Assembly (NCBI GenBank): GCA_034659315.1
Contig: JAYEGZ010000024.1
Coordinates: 1,759 to 51,943, forward strand
DNA length: 50,185 nucleotides
From: Methanobacteriota archaeon
GTDB lineage: Archaea > Halobacteriota > Methanosarcinia > Methanosarcinales > Methanogasteraceae
Direction of reading: 5' to 3'
Under the pieces are notes generated by a model. That model saw only the letters and a program-made list of their open reading frames with translations, was not told the origin of the DNA and did no database searches. Shown here piece by piece: positions 1-10,600 of the stretch. The position numbers and the translations under genes were made by a program. Positions within the stretch are counted from its first letter, which is position 1; every line of letters starts with the position of its first letter.

Positions 1-126
1 GCGAGAAGCATAGCAAAAATCACAAGTATGCACTACAACAGCTACTTTTGCTAAAAACGAGGTCACAAAAGCATGGCTGACAAGAACGCTGGGAAAAAAC
101 CCGTGCGCCACCAGTTCCCTCATTGC

Positions 127-975
127 TCATCTCTGCGCAAGCCTCCAGACCCACTCAGGAACCCGTGCGCCCGGCATATCCAGCCCCGCCACCGGATGAG
201 CACCCCTGTCCAATTGCGGGATATACGGCTTCACGTCCAGCACCGACGTCCCATCGATCGCATCAAGCCCCTTTACTACAAGCCGATTTTCATCTCTTTT
301 GATGATCTCAACTGTGGTTATGCCAATCGGGTTTGGTCGGCGTGGCGTGCGCAGGGCAAAGATCCCTGTAAGCGGAACGTCTACCATACCTCGTGGATGC
401 GCCTTCATAACGACTTTGCGACGTGCTTTATGCATGAACATGACAATCACCGCGTGAGAGAACTCATCAAGCCCGTCCAGACCTTCGGTGTACTCTTTAT
501 CCAGAACAACCTCTGATACAACGTCATCCCATCCGCAGGCAGGCTCTTTTGCAGGAGATCTCACGATTCCAATACTTTTTACCGTGAAATTCACAAGCGT
601 ATCTGCAATCATCCTGCCGTGATCAAAAGCAAGCTCTGGTAGCGTGTTTTGATCGAAGAGTTCAGCACATGCGGCATCAGAGCCTGCTTGCAGAGTACCC
701 GATCCTTCCGCAAGATAGCACGCTGATACGGTATGTCTGCGCGGGTCCCTTGCAGGATCCGAGTATATGCCAACCAGCCGGATGATCTCGATGTCAAGCC
801 CGGTCTCCTCCTTTGCTTCACGCCGCGCTGCATCCTCGACAGTCTCCCCGACATCTACAAACCCACCAGGAAGCGCGTAACTTCCCTTAAACGGCGGATT
901 CTTGCGTTTAATCAGCACGATCTTCTGCTGGTGCAGGATTATAGCATCCACGGTCAGTGCGGGCGTGGACATCAT
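127..975 (-). CDS. Nudix hydrolase fused to a TrmO/TsaA-like (UPF0066, YaeB) domain
   Basis: ORF 127..1068. The N-half carries the Nudix box GGFVDVGETVEDAARREAKEETG and ELAFDHGRMI. The C-half fits the TrmO/YaeB pattern (VKSIGIVRSP, NPIGITTVEII, VLDVKPYIP). The track start at 1068 is TTG, so I chose the first ATG (ATGATG, MMSTPAL) at 975. Confidence 0.75.
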   Translation of the reverse strand: MMSTPALTVDAIILHQQKIVLIKRKNPPFKGSYALPGGFVDVGETVEDAARREAKEETGLDIEIIRLVGIYSDPARDPRRHTVSACYLAEGSGTLQAGSDAACAELFDQNTLPELAFDHGRMIADTLVNFTVKSIGIVRSPAKEPACGWDDVVSEVVLDKEYTEGLDGLDEFSHAVIVMFMHKARRKVVMKAHPRGMVDVPLTGIFALRTPRRPNPIGITTVEIIKRDENRLVVKGLDAIDGTSVLDVKPYIPQLDRGAHPVAGLDMPGARVPEWVWRLAQR

Positions 976-1074
976 GTTGAAAAGTATAGCACCGACAGCG
1001 AAAGCAGCGCCATCACAAGGAGGACTACCATCACCTTTTCTTCCTTCTGCATCATCACAAGTCACCAATATCCA

Positions 1075-2184
1075 TCAGAATTCTCTCTGCCCTTCCGGTT
1101 CATCTGATCTATTTGATCCTTTGGATCCACCCGATTCGTCTGTTTCATCCAATTCCTCCAGTTGCAGCGCGATCAGTCGCCCGACCTCGTCCGCTTTACA
1201 CGCATAACCGTTGACCGCAAGCAGATTGACCAGCATCTCCTTGATTGCGCCAATCGAAACAGGATCCCTGTAATCATGGTTGACCAGTATCTTGCTGCCA
1301 TCCACATCGATGTGCTTGACGACGCGCGTGGTTTCACAGAGGTGCTTAAAGTCTCCTAAAAACTCAGAACGGCTGACCTCGCCGGGTTCTCGTGCACGCC
1401 GCTCTATAAGGGTTGTGTCAAGCGGTATCCGGTTTGCAAGCAAATCCTCAAACTCGCGCCTGTGAATTGTAACCATGTTGTAGTCGGATTCTGTGTGCAG
1501 ATTGATCAGAGCCTGCCAGAAATCCTGGTTTGCGCACACAGCCTCAGTCACCCGGTGCAGATTCCCGAAATACCGGAGAAGATCGTCCTGCGCAACCCCC
1601 TCGCGATCCCTTCGTTGTAGATCCATGCGTATCGACCTCGTCCGCCGACCAACCTCCGTAATCCCGAGATGCTTCTGTCTTGCAAGGAACAAACCGACCA
1701 TCCCTGACAAAAACTCGTTTAAATACATGCTCTTCCCTGAAATCGTGCAGATGGCAGTTTCCGGCGCAACATCATTGTCATATTCTATAATCAGGGTCGT
1801 CTGCCAACCATAGTCTTCCCATTTCCGGTTGAGGTGATCTGCCAATTCTGACATACGGTTGATGATGAGCGGATCGATGATGTCATCCAGCATATCCGGG
1901 CTGACCACGATGTCTTTTGTGCGCTTTAAGAACCATTCGAGCATGGGATAATCGATCATTGCGCAGAAACCGTCCTCGATCATCAATTCGCGTGGGGATT
2001 TGTACTTGTCAGCCACGCTTGCATGGCGCGCCTCTTCGAGAGATCCGTGACGTTCAGTCATCAGTTCGGCAAACTCGATAAGATCCCGTATCGTCGCGCT
2101 GAGGTTGCCGCTGTGTTCTGTTACAAGCGGTTCGAGAAAGTCCAGATGATTCTGCTCAAGCGAGATATTTCTTCTGACGACCAT
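1075..2184 (-). CDS. Hypothetical protein with a ribbon-helix-helix-like N-terminus and an acidic C-terminal tail
   Basis: 369-aa ORF with an ATG start and ordinary composition. The N-terminus RRNISLEQNHLDFLE...LSATIRDLIEFA resembles CopG/RHH folds. I recognised no family for the remainder. Confidence 0.55.
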   Translation of the reverse strand: MVVRRNISLEQNHLDFLEPLVTEHSGNLSATIRDLIEFAELMTERHGSLEEARHASVADKYKSPRELMIEDGFCAMIDYPMLEWFLKRTKDIVVSPDMLDDIIDPLIINRMSELADHLNRKWEDYGWQTTLIIEYDNDVAPETAICTISGKSMYLNEFLSGMVGLFLARQKHLGITEVGRRTRSIRMDLQRRDREGVAQDDLLRYFGNLHRVTEAVCANQDFWQALINLHTESDYNMVTIHRREFEDLLANRIPLDTTLIERRAREPGEVSRSEFLGDFKHLCETTRVVKHIDVDGSKILVNHDYRDPVSIGAIKEMLVNLLAVNGYACKADEVGRLIALQLEELDETDESGGSKGSNRSDEPEGQREF

Positions 2185-2204
2185 TGTGTGCCCCTACGCC
2201 GAGG

Positions 2205-2227
2205 ATTATCGGTCAATAATTATCGGT
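2205..2227 (-). promoter_or_regulatory. Two direct ATTATCGGT repeats (14-nt register) inside an AT-rich TATA-like region upstream of the RHH-like gene
   Basis: attatcggt occurs at 2205..2213 and 2219..2227, 21-43 nt upstream of the ATG at 2184. On the minus strand this reads TATAACCGATAATTATTGACCGATAATCC. Confidence 0.3.
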
Positions 2228-2407
2228 TATACTTACGCTTTTGTCAATTCTGACAGATATGTCTTTCGAGGTATGGGTATATCGACGGCTCATTTGGCAT
2301 GTACATATACGCCTTGCAATGTGCAGCACGCCTCACTATGGCGGCGCGGCATGTCCCCTGCATCCAAAAAGCAAAAGGTTGGTGAAGAATAATCAGAAAG
2401 CAACGAC

Positions 2408-2845
2408 ATGACCCGAATACTTGCAACAGGAACATTTGATATACTGCATCCCGGACATCTCTTTTATCTCTCGCAAGCTGCCGCTCTCGGCGATGAGCTG
2501 TATGTCATCGTTGCACGGGCGAGCATGATAAAACACAAGCCAAAGCCACTACTCCCCGATGAACACCGCCTTGAGATGGTGCAGGCGCTAAAGCTTGTGG
2601 ATCATGCAGTCATCGGTAGTGAGACTGACATATTCGAGCCACTATATGAAATCATGCCTGATATCATAGCGCTTGGATTTGATCAGTATTTTAACACCGA
2701 AAATCTGAAAAAGGAACTGGCAGATCGGGGGTTTACCGCAGGCGTAGTCCGGGTTGGGGAGACAAACTCAGGCAAGCTATGTAGCACCAGAAGGATCGTT
2801 GAACGGATCGTTGATGTGAACAGGGAGTTTAGTGGATCTGGATAG
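2408..2845 (+). CDS. ribL: Archaeal FAD synthase (cytidylyltransferase-family FMN adenylyltransferase)
   Basis: The N-terminus ATGTFDILHPGH plus LGDELYVIVARASMIKHKPKPLLPDEHRLEMVQALKLVDHAVIG fits archaeal RibL over its whole 145-aa length. Confidence 0.8.
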   Translation: MTRILATGTFDILHPGHLFYLSQAAALGDELYVIVARASMIKHKPKPLLPDEHRLEMVQALKLVDHAVIGSETDIFEPLYEIMPDIIALGFDQYFNTENLKKELADRGFTAGVVRVGETNSGKLCSTRRIVERIVDVNREFSGSG

Positions 2846-2929
2846 GCTGATCCCGGGGTCTGGAATCCAGGTGGTTGGAATGATGAACTACCCCGGATTG
2901 CCTGATCAGAAAAGTTTAATGTATCTCGC

Positions 2930-3205
2930 GTGTCTCTGATTTATAAATCGGGTAATGTAACAGTTACTGATAAAACGGTGATCAATTTGTGCAACGAAGG
3001 CGAAGAAATTGAGTTGTTCGGCAAATCCGAATCAACAGTGCAACTGGACAACGGAATCACGGTGTCGGTGGGCGATATCGAGATCAGCGTCCACAGCAAT
3101 GAACTAACATTCGGCGAACTCGAAGAGCGACTGCTTGGTCTGATTGACAAGATCGACAAGCGTTTCGAGAACAAGAGCAAAAATTATCTGAACTATACTT
3201 CTTGA
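2930..3205 (+). CDS. Small acidic hypothetical protein
   Basis: 91-aa ORF with a GTG start and no internal ATG. Composition is plausible, but I saw no clear SD and recognised no family. Confidence 0.3.
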   Translation: MSLIYKSGNVTVTDKTVINLCNEGEEIELFGKSESTVQLDNGITVSVGDIEISVHSNELTFGELEERLLGLIDKIDKRFENKSKNYLNYTS

Positions 3206-3214
3206 GGAACCACA

Positions 3215-4108
3215 ATGGATTTAAACGAACTCAGGCACGGTACCGAACTGTTAAAGCGAGGATTTGCCGCCATGCAGAAGGGCGGTGTCATTATGGATGT
3301 GACCACCCCGGAGCAGGCGGTCATTGCAGAGAATGCGGGCGCAGTCGCGGTGATGGCGCTTCACGCAGTCCCATCCGAGATCAGGAAAAGCGGCGGCGTG
3401 GCAAGGATGGCTGACCCACAAGTCACAAGTGCGATCATCGATTCGGTATCGATTCCGGTGATGGCAAAAGCCAGGATAGGGCATATCATGGAAGCACGAA
3501 TTCTCGAGGTGCTGGGCGCTGACATGATCGATGAGTCAGAGGTGCTGACACCGGCAGACGGGACCCACATCGACAAGACTCTATTCACGGTGCCATTTGT
3601 TTGTGGCGCCCGTGACCTTGGCGAGGCGTTGCGGCGTATCGCGGAAGGGGCTGCAATGGTCCGGACGAAAGGCGAAGCAGGCACAGGGGATGTGCGCGAG
3701 GCAGTCCGGCACATGAAACTGATCATGGGCAGCATCAGGTCGCTTATGGGCAAGAACGACGAGGAACTGCGTCTGGTAGCGCGGGAAATTGAGGCACCTT
3801 TCGAACTGGTTCTGGAGACTGCACAGATGAAGCGTCTGCCTGTTGTGAACTTTGCGGCGGGAGGCGTTGCGACACCTGCTGACGCCGCGCTGATGATGCA
3901 TCTTGGTGCTGACGGAGTTTTTGTCGGTTCAGGTATTTTTACGGCGGAAAATCCTGAAAAGATGGCGGATGCGATCGTTGCGGCGGTCAGCAGCTACGAC
4001 AAGCCCGACGTTCTTGCTGAGATCTCGGAGGGGCTTGGCGCCCAGATGAAAGGAATCGACATCAGCACGCTATCTGAAAATGATATTCTGCAGACTCGTG
4101 GATGGTGA
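3215..4108 (+). CDS. pdxS: Pyridoxal 5'-phosphate synthase, lyase subunit PdxS
   Basis: Full-length match to the PdxS pattern: [102 protein letters not shown]. Confidence 0.95.
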   Translation: MDLNELRHGTELLKRGFAAMQKGGVIMDVTTPEQAVIAENAGAVAVMALHAVPSEIRKSGGVARMADPQVTSAIIDSVSIPVMAKARIGHIMEARILEVLGADMIDESEVLTPADGTHIDKTLFTVPFVCGARDLGEALRRIAEGAAMVRTKGEAGTGDVREAVRHMKLIMGSIRSLMGKNDEELRLVAREIEAPFELVLETAQMKRLPVVNFAAGGVATPADAALMMHLGADGVFVGSGIFTAENPEKMADAIVAAVSSYDKPDVLAEISEGLGAQMKGIDISTLSENDILQTRGW

Positions 4109-4288
4109 TGCCCGGACATCGACTGAGTGATCGATCGCACATAACGCAAATTGCAGGGAGAATCCTGCTATTTGCTTGATTTATCCGGGAAATCAGTATC
4201 ATATGAACTGCCAGAGAACCAAAAATGGTGACAGCAGGGTTGCGGGGAGTATATCAACTCTCCTGCGCTCCATCTCTCTGGCAAATTC

Positions 4289-4888
4289 TTATCCGCGGAC
4301 CATCTGCATTATGATTGGTGTGATAAACGTCTCGATCAGAGCTGCGACGAACAGAAGCGGAAGAATCCACCGCAAATAGAAGCGTACCGACCATTTGATC
4401 TCAGATATCAGGTCTTCGTTGGAAATAGTCTCTTTCATCCTCAAGAAAGCCAGCATCCCAAGCCGCGTTCCGAGAGCCGCGCTTACAATGATCATCGGAA
4501 GTTCGATGATGCCGTGCGGCAGGATCCCTGCTACCACAGACATATAACCGGATGTGCGTACTTGCTCGCAGACTACGATGCCAATAATCCATCCGTTGTA
4601 TGCGACAAATCCGACCGGAACAAAGATCAGCAGTCCGAATATGATCACAAGCAGCGCTTTGATCGAATTGTTTAAAAATATGACAAGGAATATCTGGGGC
4701 AGGCTTAGCTCCATGAGCCATCCGAAGTCGGCTCTGAGTTCCTCCATAAACCTCGCGGATTCGGTTGGATTTAAGACCGCATGCCCGTAGCCTGCTATCA
4801 GCGAGGCTACAAAGATCAGTGTGATTGCTGCTATGTATTTCCAGTGCATTCCATATCCTCCGTATTCCCCCGATGAGTTCAACTGCAT
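4289..4888 (-). CDS. SpoIIM-like (DUF95) integral membrane protein
   Basis: Multi-TM ORF with FLNNSIKALL and LPHGIIELPMIIVSAALG, typical of the SpoIIM family. The ATG at 4888 overlaps the upstream TGA by 1 nt. An alternative ATG at 4849 is preceded by GGAGGA. Confidence 0.65.
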   Translation of the reverse strand: MQLNSSGEYGGYGMHWKYIAAITLIFVASLIAGYGHAVLNPTESARFMEELRADFGWLMELSLPQIFLVIFLNNSIKALLVIIFGLLIFVPVGFVAYNGWIIGIVVCEQVRTSGYMSVVAGILPHGIIELPMIIVSAALGTRLGMLAFLRMKETISNEDLISEIKWSVRFYLRWILPLLFVAALIETFITPIIMQMVRG

Positions 4889-5706
4889 CACACCCCGAAT
4901 AGAATGCTCAGCGTGTTCCTACATGCAGGAGATAGCCCGAGCACAAGGATCGTGAGCTTCAGCAGATCACGGAGTTCATCGTCATCAAAATCGCTGTCAA
5001 TCAGGTAGAGCAGGGGTATGAAGACGAGCAGCTTTAGCGGATACATCACCGCGCCCGTGCCTGTGATGCCGATCAAGTAATTCTCCACAACATGCTTGCC
5101 GTAATAGTTGAGCAGATCGACACCAACCGTGGTTGAGGATGCATCAAAGAGATGCGCCCCAAGGATTGCGATGTTGAATTTGCTTGACAGGAACCTGATA
5201 TTCATGCGCCGGGAAGATATATAGATCGCTGATGTGATCAGGGCGGTGAGTATCACGATCAGTAACGCTTCCACTGGATTTGTGATGCCCTCATGCCACA
5301 ACAGCACACAGATGTTTATGGCAGTGAGGAATAGCCCGACGCGGGAGAATGCGACGTGGTATTGTTCATGATATATTCGGAGCGATATGGCAAGTGATGT
5401 TACGGTCACAAAAAACACAACAAAATATATAATCGGCGTCACGAACAGGTAATTGAGCGGTGGCGCAAACATCTCGGCATCCTCAAATACACGGAGACTT
5501 GATCCAAAGAGCACGTAGCATACGACCCCGATGACAAAATGTCGATCGATTACGATGTTAAGATGCCGGAGTACCTTCTGCACGCCAAAGATGCAGACGC
5601 CAAGCACCAGCGCCCACGTGACTGTGTTTACTATGTTGTAGCCCGAATCACTGATGATTGGATCTATATAATATTTATATATAATATCTCTAATCTCTAA
5701 TTGCAT
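4888..5706 (-). CDS. DUF63 family archaeal membrane protein
   Basis: YYIDPIISDSGYNIVNTVTWALVLGV followed by several TM helices matches DUF63. I preferred the start at MQLEIRD (ATG 5706) over the ORF-track start at 5757. Confidence 0.65.
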   Translation of the reverse strand: MQLEIRDIIYKYYIDPIISDSGYNIVNTVTWALVLGVCIFGVQKVLRHLNIVIDRHFVIGVVCYVLFGSSLRVFEDAEMFAPPLNYLFVTPIIYFVVFFVTVTSLAISLRIYHEQYHVAFSRVGLFLTAINICVLLWHEGITNPVEALLIVILTALITSAIYISSRRMNIRFLSSKFNIAILGAHLFDASSTTVGVDLLNYYGKHVVENYLIGITGTGAVMYPLKLLVFIPLLYLIDSDFDDDELRDLLKLTILVLGLSPACRNTLSILFGV

Positions 5707-5841
5707 GGTGCATGTTCTCTTGAATATGTAGTTATATGGATGTGTGCAGACATGCATGAATATATGTGTTGCCTTACACGTCTCGATTTCAGGTCAAGAC
5801 TTTAATACTTGATGATCACATCAATCAAAAGGTGAAAAACA

Positions 5842-6291
5842 ATGGAACTTGACACTACCATCACACTTATAGGGGTGCGCCTCGCAAAGATCGGAACCGA
5901 ATTTATATATAAAGGTCCTGCCTCGGAATGCGAGGAATGCAGATTCAAGAACAGTTGCATGAACCTATTAAACGGAAGGAAATACCGGATCGTAAACATT
6001 AGAACCACGACAACACACAACTGCCAGGTGCATGATGGGGGTGTGCAAGCCGTGGAGGTTGTGGAGTCCCCGACCATTTCCGCAATCGAATCAAAAAAAG
6101 CATTCGAAGGTTCAAAGATTGTTTTTGAACCTCTGTCGTGTAATAAAAACGAATGTGGTATGTATGACCTGTGCCACCCGATCGGGCTGGAATTTGGCGA
6201 TAAATGTACAATCACCACCATAATCGGAAATGCGCCCGACGACTGCATAAAAGGACTGTCGCTCAAGTTAGTTGAATTGAAACACGCCTGA
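5842..6291 (+). CDS. UPF0179 family Cys-rich archaeal protein
   Basis: 149 aa. AGGTGA lies 8 nt upstream of the ATG. The cysteine clusters CEECRFKNSC and CNKNECGMYDLC and the overall layout fit UPF0179. Confidence 0.7.
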   Translation: MELDTTITLIGVRLAKIGTEFIYKGPASECEECRFKNSCMNLLNGRKYRIVNIRTTTTHNCQVHDGGVQAVEVVESPTISAIESKKAFEGSKIVFEPLSCNKNECGMYDLCHPIGLEFGDKCTITTIIGNAPDDCIKGLSLKLVELKHA

Positions 6292-6685
6292 AACTTCTGT
6301 TCGGGGTACCGGATTTGTGGGGAACTGGCAATCTGTGTAATTCGCTTGTTGACAGGAAGTTGCATCTCAGATTGCCCAACCAGCTACCCTTCACATTTGG
6401 GGTAATCATACCGCAGAATGCATGGGTGTCAACGTCCACGAGATTCGAGCATGCGGAACAACGTGGAAAATCATAAAGTCCGGTTTCCGGATCAACTTAT
6501 TAAATTCCCCACACAACAGCGAAGGATCCTCGAAAATGTCTGTAGGGAGGTTATCTACATCCAATCCCCCCATCCCCCGGACAACCTCTTCGTCTATCAC
6601 TGTTTTCATGGTTTCTGCTCCCCTGCCGTCTTCTTCCCCTTCCTTGCAATACGTTCCTTCTTCTTTTCGATCTTCATCTTCATTT

Positions 6686-7609
6686 TCAGCTATGCATATC
6701 CCCCTCCAAATCCTGCACCAATTCACTGGACGCCATCTGCAAAGCCCTCCTGCCTGCCACCTCATAAGCCTTTACGAGCAACGCGCTGAGATTGTCTTTG
6801 CCTACCCCATACGGAGCATCCCCGAGTCTCTTTAGGATTGCAGCAACAACTATAGGGGGCGCGGGCTTGACCGAGAACGAGTCCAGTGAGACACCAGCAT
6901 CCCAGAAGCAATCGAGACAGGAATCGAGTGGTTTTGTGATCTCATCGGATAATATTGGCGATGCCGTCCCCGCATCCTCCTCCGCGGAGACTCCAACGTC
7001 AGGTGCACGCCATCGCATGTGGGACTCGACGATCTCCTCCTTTGTTCTGCCCCTGAGCTTGAAGATCAGGAACGGGTCATCGTCAAAGCGCTCTGCAAGG
7101 AGGTAGTAGACTGCTGCGATATGCTTGCACGGGTTTGCGTAGTCCGGGCACGAACAATCCGTTTCGAGATCCTTTTCCTTCGTCGGGAAGAGTGAGACAC
7201 CAGCCTCGGCAAAAGCATTCTCAATTCCAGTCGGCATCTCTCCTGAGAGAAGTTTGGCTGTGAATATTGCTTTTGACGCCATAACATCCAGAACCTTCTC
7301 CCATTCGTCCTCGGAGATCGGTTTCAGCCAGATTGTGACCTCGTATGGTTTCGATCCTGTGCCCTGCACCTTCGCAGCAACAGCACCCTTGCTGACATCA
7401 ATTGAGATGACTTGCCCTTTCCGGGCGTAAGAGCGCCCTCTGGTCAGTCTTGTACCCATGTTGAAGGATTCGAGAACATCGATCCACCGTTTCGACCACC
7501 ACGTCTCTCCGATTGCGCCCCGCTTGCTATTTGCTTTTATACCGTCCTTGACCTCCCTTGGCTTTGCCGGCGTGTAATGATAATAGTCCCAGTAGCCCTG
7601 TCTGCCCAT
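6686..7609 (-). CDS. SWIM zinc-finger protein, partner of the SNF2 helicase
   Basis: SWIM motif CSCPDYANPCKHIAAVYYLL, with the usual N-terminal WWSKRWIDVLE...RGRSYARKG region. The ATG at 7609 overlaps the SNF2 TGA by 1 nt (GTGATGG). Confidence 0.85.
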   Translation of the reverse strand: MGRQGYWDYYHYTPAKPREVKDGIKANSKRGAIGETWWSKRWIDVLESFNMGTRLTRGRSYARKGQVISIDVSKGAVAAKVQGTGSKPYEVTIWLKPISEDEWEKVLDVMASKAIFTAKLLSGEMPTGIENAFAEAGVSLFPTKEKDLETDCSCPDYANPCKHIAAVYYLLAERFDDDPFLIFKLRGRTKEEIVESHMRWRAPDVGVSAEEDAGTASPILSDEITKPLDSCLDCFWDAGVSLDSFSVKPAPPIVVAAILKRLGDAPYGVGKDNLSALLVKAYEVAGRRALQMASSELVQDLEGDMHS

Positions 7610-10600
7610 CACTGGTCACCTCCTGCCCGGTCCCCTGCCACGCCACACACTGCATCCCGGCTCAGCGTTAAGATGTCCTTGAGTTCGCGGGTGGAAAGTT
7701 CGGTTAACCATGCCTCGCCAGCACCAACGATTGCATCTGCAAGCTCTTTCTTCTCTTCTAATATCTGGTCTATCCGCTCCTCCAGTGTTCCAATGCAGAC
7801 GAACTTGTGGACAAAGACGTTCCTCTCCTGTCCAATGCGAAAAACCCGGTCAGTAGCCTGATTCTCGACAGCAGGGTTCCACCAGCGGTCAAAATGAAAG
7901 ACATGTTTTGCAGCGGTGAGGTTCAGCCCAAACCCGCCTGCTTTGAGCGAGAGAACGAATAGCTGCGGGCAATCCTGGTCATCCTGGAACCGCCGGACCA
8001 TCTCATCCCTCTGTTTTCGTGGTGTTCCACCGTGCAGGAAGAGTACCTCACAATCGAAGCGCTCCTGGAGGTGATGACGCAGCATAGCGCCCATTCCCGC
8101 AAACTGCGTAAAGATCAGCGCTTTATCACCCTCTGCAAGCACCTCGTCGATCATCTCCTCAGTACGCGTCAGTTTTCCTGATCGCCCCGAGAGTGCACTT
8201 CCGTCCTGGAGAAAGAGTGCGGGATGATTGCAGATCTGCTTCAGTCTGGTCAGTGTAGCCAGCACAATACCTTTGCGCTCGATTCCTTCGGAGTTATCGA
8301 TCTTATCGAGCATCTCATCAACCACCGCCTCGTAAAGCGATGCTTGCTCGTTTGTGAGGTTGTGATAGACCTTAAGCTCCATCTTCTCTGGTAGATCCTG
8401 TATGATCGTGGGATCGGTCTTCATACGCCTGAGAACGAATGGCTGAATTATGCGCCTCAAAACCTCTGCACGTCCCTTGTCCTGATACTTCTCGATCGGT
8501 ATTGCGAAGTTCGTGCGGAAGCTCCGTGCACTACCGAGGTATCCGCTGTTTAAGAACTCCATAATCGACCAGAGCTCGGAGAGGCGGTTTTCGACAGGAG
8601 TTCCTGTGAGCGCAATCATCTGACCAGCTTTGATCCTCTTTATCGCCTGTGTCTGCTTAGCTCCCGGATTCTTGATATTCTGTGCCTCATCGAGGACGAT
8701 GTGCTGCCAGAAAACCCGCGATAATATCTCTTCGTCGCGATGCGCAAGCGAGTATGTACTGATCACAAGGTCATTTTTTTCTGCCTCATCTGAAAATTCG
8801 CTGTCAGCAAGCCTGTCAGTGCCGTGATGGATCATCACCCGAAGATGCGGTGCGAAACGCTCAACCTCTCGCTGCCAGTTGCCGACAACAGACATCGGGC
8901 AGATCAGGAGTGTCGGATCTAAATTTGAATCCGATTCCGTCTTCTCATGAACATGCAACAGAAAAGCGATCAGTTCGATCGTCTTACCAAGCCCCATGTC
9001 GTCTGCCAGACATGCGCCGAACCCAAACCCGCTGAGATACGCGAGCCACGAGACTCCCTTCACTTGATAAGGGCGAAGAGTGCCGTTGAAGGCTTTTGGG
9101 GGTGTGATGAGCGTTATCTTTGCACTATCACCATCACTATCACCTTTAGCCCCTGCCTCGGAAAATTTGCTCAGCATCTCATCGAACCAGCCCTCTGCCT
9201 CGAGTCCCACAATAGGGAGACCCATCCTGCTCTCTTGATGATCTGCGCCAGTTTCGCCGCCTTCACCACCCCGACTCAACCCGAGCCGCATCGCTTCGCC
9301 AAGCGTGATCTCCCGGGCGCTTCCCTTCTTCTCGAAGAAGTTGATTGCGGAATCTATATCTTCAGGTCGCAGTTCCACCCATTCTCCACGCACCTGAACC
9401 AGTGGGAGCTTTAGACTGGCTAAATGCGAAAACTCATCCTCGGAAAGCATTTTATCACCAATAGCTACCTCCCAGTCATAAGACATGATGGATTTGACGC
9501 TGAAGTGCCCTGAACCGATAGCGCCTTCCACCGCCTGCGCCGGCGACTTTATCTTGAGTTTTAAGCCTATGCGTGCGCCGGGCTTCTCCCACCACGGCGG
9601 GAGGAGGATGCCAAAGCCGTTTTGCTCGAGGAGCGGGGCCGACTCCCGCAGGAAGGTGTATGCCTGCGAAGTGGACATACCAAACCCCACAGGACATGCA
9701 TCTTCCAGACTCGCCTCAATTTCCGGGAAGACCCGGGAGGCTCTGACAAGATCGGCAAGCAATTGCTCATGCGGGTTTTTGAACTTCTGTTGTAGGAACG
9801 TGAGCGTTTTTGACCGTGTCTTCCACACCGTATCTGCAGGGATCAACAGACTCGGGTCGTCCGTAGCCTGAAGGAAGAAACGGACCGACCATATAGCATA
9901 ATCCCGGTTTGCAGCTCTCTTTCGCTCCCCTCCATCCTCTGCCTCATTCCCTGAACTCTCTTCATCTCTGTCTGGATCATCGCTCCGTTCCGGGGGCGGA
10001 TCGAGCCTGAAACAAGTGCGAAACAAAACATCCGGCGCAGATGGCTTGAGCCCCGAGAGCCAACCCCTAATTTCGTCTGAGAACGTATCGAGCAATTCGG
10101 CGGGCGCATCGAGCGCACGGTCTCCTGACGAGAGCGCAGTCAGGAACTGCTGTGGTAACGGGGTTACCGCGGGGCGGCGACCACGACGCGGCGGGAGCAG
10201 AGAAGTGGATTCAAGGCTCCTGCGCACGAATGCGTCAACAGTCGAATCTATGAAGCTCATGAGCAGGTCTCGCGGTGATAACGAGGATAATTGTGATTGT
10301 GATTGCGTCGCCACCTCCGATCCAGCATTGTCCTGTAGGGCAAATGCCCGGCACGCAGGAGGCATCGCCTCTGTAAGTGTTTGCACCCGTTCTAAATTGT
10401 CCCCGTTAATCACCGACTTCCAGACCGCCGCGTTCCCTTCGACTACGGGTATAAATTGCTCTCTTGCGACAAGATCAAGCGAAAATATGGCTGCCTCGAT
10501 CAAGAACCTGAGCGTTCTGCCAAAGGCTATGCCATCGGGTGGATGAGCCGGCAGACCGAGCAGCAGATCGAACGCATGGTGCGGCGCAAACGCCAGTGTC

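Noticed and set aside
1-66. Possible start of a minus-strand gene running off the left edge (GTG at 66; VTSFLAKVAVVVHTCDFCYASR...)
   Set aside because: Only 22 codons are visible, with a non-ATG start and no motif, so it cannot be supported.
73-516. 147-aa plus-strand ORF at the left end
   Set aside because: It is antisense to the well-supported TrmO-like domain. It is Arg/His/Pro-rich with no motifs.
5802-6365. 187-aa minus-strand ORF
   Set aside because: It is antisense to the UPF0179 gene, which has an SD, an ATG and family-typical Cys clusters.
6418-6835. Two plus-strand ORFs (123 aa and 137 aa) rich in Ser/Pro/Phe
   Set aside because: Both are low-complexity translations of the complement of a purine-rich tract and of the SWIM gene 3' end. 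I found no start context and no motifs.
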